Shown one piece after another: positions 60,647-64,000 of a stretch of DNA of 64,000 nt. The notes beneath the pieces are model-generated. The model did not search any database. It was not told the origin of the DNA and saw only the letters and a program-made list of their open reading frames with translations. Position numbers and translations under genes: made by a program. Position 1 is the stretch's first letter. Every line of letters starts with the position of its first letter. This DNA comes from an uncultured Planctomycetota bacterium (GTDB lineage: Bacteria > Planctomycetota > Phycisphaerae > Sedimentisphaerales > Anaerobacaceae): positions 34,301 through 98,300 of the forward strand of contig CAVOUO010000020.1 in the NCBI GenBank assembly GCA_963699595.1. Reading direction: 5' to 3'.

Positions 60647-60676
60647 ACTCTCCTCGGAAAGCGGTAGCGCAGAACA

Positions 60677-61998
60677 ATGAATAGCCCAGCAACAATCACC
60701 GGCCCGACACTTCTCATCACGATCGTGCTGGCGCTTCATGACGTTCTTTATTCCGCGGCGTTACCTGCTGCTTCCCTACGTCATTGGGGCCTGCTTTGCC
60801 CCGGCGGATCAGGCCGTGATGGTCGGCGAGTTGAACTTCCAGGTGTTGCGCATCCTCGTGGTGGTGGGCATGCTGCGGCTGGCCCTGCGCGGCGAGATCG
60901 TCGCCGGTCCGCTGGAATCGGTTCGACAAGCTGATTCTGGCCTGGTTCGTCGTCGGGAGCATGATCTATGTCATCCAGTGGATGAGCCTGAGCGCCCTCA
61001 TCAACCGCTGCGGCCGGTTCGTCGAGTGGCTCTGTCTTTACTGGGTGTTCCGTCAGAGCGTGCAGTCCTGGAAGGATCTGCGGTTCGCCTACGTGGCCTT
61101 GGCCTTTTGCGCCGTGGCCATGTTGCCCTTTGTCGTCCTGGAGTGGCTCCAGGGGGCGAATCCTTTCGCCGTGCTCGGGCGCGTGGTGACCACGTTCCGG
61201 GAGGAGAACTATCGGTGTCAGGCGACGTTTCCGCACGCGATCATGATGGGTCTGTTCTGGGCGACGCTGGTGCCCTTGTTCGTGGTCTTTGCCCGGCAGC
61301 GGGGGTACCACCGTTCGGTGCTGTGGGCCGCCGTGGTCGCCAGCACTCTGATGATCTGGATGACGGCCTCGAGCACGCCCATCCTCACCGTGATGGCCGT
61401 CGGTGCCTTGCTGCTCGCGTTCCCGTTGCGACAATACACCGGGACCGCGGCGTGGGGGTCCTGGCGCTGGTGATCGCCCTGAATTTTGTCATGAAGGCTC
61501 CCGTCTGGCACCTCGTCGCGCGCGTCGGGCGTGGTCTCCGGCTCGACCGGCTGGCACCGTTTCTATCTGATCGACCAGTCCATCCGCAATTTCCGTCATT
61601 GGATGTTGCTCGGCACGCGCGACACGAGGAGCTGGGGCTTGGGATTGGAGGACGTGACCAATCAGTACATCCTGGAAGGGGTGCGCGGCGGGTTCATCAC
61701 GTTGGTCTTGTTCTGCGTGATCCTTTTCGTGGGCGCCCGGACGGTGGTGCGCCTGTCGGTGCGTTCCCGGGACGCGAGCGAATCCTATCTGGCGTGGGGC
61801 CTCTTTGTCACGATCATCGCTCACTGCCTGTCGTTCATCGGGGTCTCCTATTTCGGTCAGATCGACATGATCTGGTATCTTCTGCTCGCGGGCGTGGCGT
61901 TCGCGTACGGTCAGGTCTATGAGGCGCCGCAACACCTGGAGCGGGTGGCGGTCGCCGCACGGCCGCAACAGGCCCATTGGCAAGGTGCCCGCACATGA
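60677..61998 (+). pseudogene. O-antigen polymerase/ligase-like (Wzy-type) polytopic membrane protein; at least 3 frame breaks
   Basis: Hydrophobic, coherent segments lie in four ORFs: 60677.. (TLLITIVLAL), 60738.. (YLLLPYVIGACFAPADQAVMVGELNFQVLRILVVVGMLRLAL), 60961.. (LRFAYVALAFCAVAMLPFVVLEWLQGANPFAVLG...MGLFWATLVPLFVVFA) and 61531.. (GFITLVLFCVILFVGARTV...WGLFVTIIAHCLSFIGVSYFGQIDMIWYLLLAG). Confidence 0.5.
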
Positions 61999-62978
61999 GC
62001 CGGCCGACCGTCTCCGTGGTCATCGTGAACTGGAACACCCGCGAGATCCTGCGCGATTGTCTGCGGACGGTCTACGAGCAGACCAAGGAGGTGGAGTTCG
62101 AGGTGATCGTGGTCGACAATGCGTCCGCGGACGGCTCGGTGGACATGGTCCGGACGGCGTTTCCGCAGGCGGTTCTCCTGGCGAACTCCGCCAATCGCGG
62201 CTTTGCCGCCGCCAACAACCAAGGCATCGAGATCGCGCAGGGACGGTACGTCCTGCTGTTGAACTCCGACACGCTGGTGCTCGACGGTGCCATCGACAAG
62301 ATGGTGCGTTTCGCGGAGGCGCATCCGGAGGCCGCGGCCACCGCGTGCCGGGTGCTGAACCCGGACCGGACGTGGCAGCCCACGTGCTTTCTCTTTCCCT
62401 CCGCGTTGAATCTGCTGCTCGCGGCCCTGTATCTGAACAAGCTGTTTCCGCGCAACCGCTTCTGCGGCCGGGAGCGAATGACCTGGTGGGATGGTCAGGA
62501 CGCGCGCGCGGTCGATGTCGTCACAGGCTGCTTCATCCTCGTTCGGCGTGCCGCGATCGAACAAGTCGGCGTCCTCGATGAGAGCTATTTCATGTACGGC
62601 GAGGAGGCGGACTGGTGTTACCGCTTCCGGAAGGCCGGGTGGAAGGTCCTCTTCACGCCGACCGCCCAGATCGTGCACCTGGGGGGAGCCAGCAGTGCCC
62701 GGCTCAAAGGCCCGATGTGCCTTCAGCTCCGGGCGAGCCTTCTGCTGTTCCTGCGGAAGCATCGAGGCCGGGCGTCTTACGTCGCGGGTTGTGTGTTTGT
62801 GAGCATGTTCTTCCTGTTGCGGCTTCCCCTCTGGCTGGCCACGGCCGCGACCTCGCGTGGCGCCCGTCCGGAGAATTGGGAGACCGCGCGGACATATGCG
62901 GCCGGGTTCTGGCGGGCGCTCTGCGGGTGGAGGGCGCTGTGTGTCCAGAAACGGGCAAGGACTTCCGCGTGCGCATGA
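61995..62978 (+). CDS. Family-2 glycosyltransferase (WbbL/rhamnosyltransferase-like)
   Basis: MSRPTVSVVIVNWNTREILRDCLRTV...EVIVVDNASADGS...NRGFAAANNQGIEIAQGRYVLLLNSDT...GCFILVRRAAIEQVGVLDESYFMYGEEADWCYR. Intact. Confidence 0.8.
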   Translation: MSRPTVSVVIVNWNTREILRDCLRTVYEQTKEVEFEVIVVDNASADGSVDMVRTAFPQAVLLANSANRGFAAANNQGIEIAQGRYVLLLNSDTLVLDGAIDKMVRFAEAHPEAAATACRVLNPDRTWQPTCFLFPSALNLLLAALYLNKLFPRNRFCGRERMTWWDGQDARAVDVVTGCFILVRRAAIEQVGVLDESYFMYGEEADWCYRFRKAGWKVLFTPTAQIVHLGGASSARLKGPMCLQLRASLLLFLRKHRGRASYVAGCVFVSMFFLLRLPLWLATAATSRGARPENWETARTYAAGFWRALCGWRALCVQKRARTSACA

Positions 62979-62994
62979 GAGGGCGGGCCAGAGG

Positions 62995-63927
62995 ATGAAC
63001 CCCGGGGGTGCTGTGCCGGACCCAACGTACGTCTTGATCACGCCGGCCTACAATGAAGGCCGGTTCATCGCCAAAACCATCGAAAGCGTTCTGGCCCAGA
63101 CACGGCAGCCGTTGCGGTGGGTCATCGTGAATGATGGGTCCACCGACGACACCTGGGACATCGTGCAGCGGTATGCCGAACGATGCGGATTCATCGAGGC
63201 CTGTCGGCGTCAGCGCGAGGCCGGCGAAACCTACTACGGCAGCAACGTACACGCGCTTCTCCAGGGCTATGCGAGGGTGAAAGGGTCTGGCCTTCGATTA
63301 CCTGGGCTATTCTGGATGCCGATATGATTCTTTGTCCCCGCTATTACGAGGAGATCTTCCGGCGATTCGAGGCGAATCCCGAGCTGGGGATTGCGACGGG
63401 GACGTACGTCGAAGAGGTTGCCGGGGCCTGGCGGGAGGCCTTCATCGATAGACGCTCGACCCCGAAGGCCCTGCAAGTCTTTCGGCGGGCCTGCTACGGG
63501 CAGATCGGCGGGTATGTGCCTTGTCCCAACGGCGGGGAGGACACGTACACCGAGATCCTGGCGCGGATGCACGGCTGGCAGACCTGGTCGTTCCCGGACC
63601 TCCAGGCCGTGCATCAGAAGCCGGTCGGGACGGGCGACGGGAGCAGCATTCTGCGCGAAATTCCGGCAGGGACTGACCGATTACTGCGTGGCGACCCACC
63701 CGGTCTTCATGATCGCCAAGTGCGCCAGACGCTGTTTCAAGGAAAGACCCTACGGCGGGGCGGGACTGGTCCGGCTGGCGGGTTTCGCCTACGGATACTT
63801 GGTGCACGAGCGGCGGCAGATTGTCGGCGAGGCCCGGCGCTACGTGCGGAAGGAGCAGATGAGCCGGCTGCGGGCCAGTGTCGGACTGGGGCCGCGACTC
63901 TGGCAGCCCGTGCTCGCCGGTCATTGA
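62995..63927 (+). pseudogene. Family-2 glycosyltransferase; at least 2 frame breaks (~63290, ~63650)
   Basis: PTYVLITPAYNEGRFIAKTIESVLAQTRQPLRWVIVNDGSTDDTWDIV. Other frames continue FDYLGILDADMILCPRYYEEIFRRFEANPELGIATGTY...GGEDTYTEILARMHGW... and GLTDYCVATHPVFMIAKCARR. Confidence 0.7.
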
Positions 63928-63936
63928 GGACCATCC

Positions 63937-64000
63937 ATGTGTGGGATTGCCGGCATTGTGAATCGGGTGGCGGGGCCGCCCGATCAGGGGATCGTCCAGG
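63937..64000 (+). CDS. asnB: Asparagine synthase (glutamine-hydrolysing) family, N-terminal 21 codons only; runs off the window
   Basis: MCGIAGIVNRVAGPPDQGIVQ has the Ntn-amidotransferase MCGI(A/C)G start with catalytic Cys2. Confidence 0.55.
   Translation, partial: MCGIAGIVNRVAGPPDQGIVQ

Overview
This is a 64-kb high-GC bacterial chromosomal segment. Gene content suggests a Planctomycetota/PVC-like organism, by inference only: a DUF1559/H-X9-DG pseudopilin-like gene, several PQQ-type beta-propellers, a TPR-fused PMT-like transferase, a HEAT-repeat protein, and several families of hairpin repeats. Gene order: (1) 0-9.9 kb: three beta-propeller paralogs bracket a NuoE/NuoF(HydB)-like plus Fer2-GltD-like flavin/Fe-S module, with a Tat-signal flavodoxin-like reductase and a Zn-ADH nearby. 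(2) 10-18 kb: a Cu/Ag-type RND efflux operon (redoxin, OMF, adaptor with three metal-binding modules, YHS lipoprotein, oversized CusA-like pump), followed by tRNA-Pro(GGG). (3) 18.3-22.7 kb: an iron module (DtxR/MntR-like repressor with promoter and operator, FeoB in two pieces, Zn-ribbon, DtxR-FeoA regulator, OM beta-barrel). (4) 23-25.8 kb: a fur-like gene and katG, with a perfect 33-bp palindrome upstream. (5) 25.8-26.8 kb: a rearrangement scar made of gene fragments. (6) 27.6-31.3 kb: a UDP-sugar salvage trio plus a NusG paralog. (7) 31.5-33 kb: an array of a 25-nt motif next to a REP-associated tyrosine transposase. (8) 33.4-44 kb: housekeeping and envelope genes, plus a HicAB remnant. 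(9) 44.6-64 kb: a surface-polysaccharide/adhesin locus. It holds a HEAT protein, an orphan EpsI, a flippase and a gene of about 2,246 codons with a 2.3-kb internal tandem duplication and a non-canonical C-terminal sorting-signal-like tail. It also holds an AT-rich divergent control region, five GT2 modules, an acetyltransferase, a Wzy-like polymerase and the start of asnB. About half the genes carry +/-1 frame breaks. These may be assembly errors or true pseudogenes and need read-level checking. No CRISPR, rRNA, prophage or IS element was seen.
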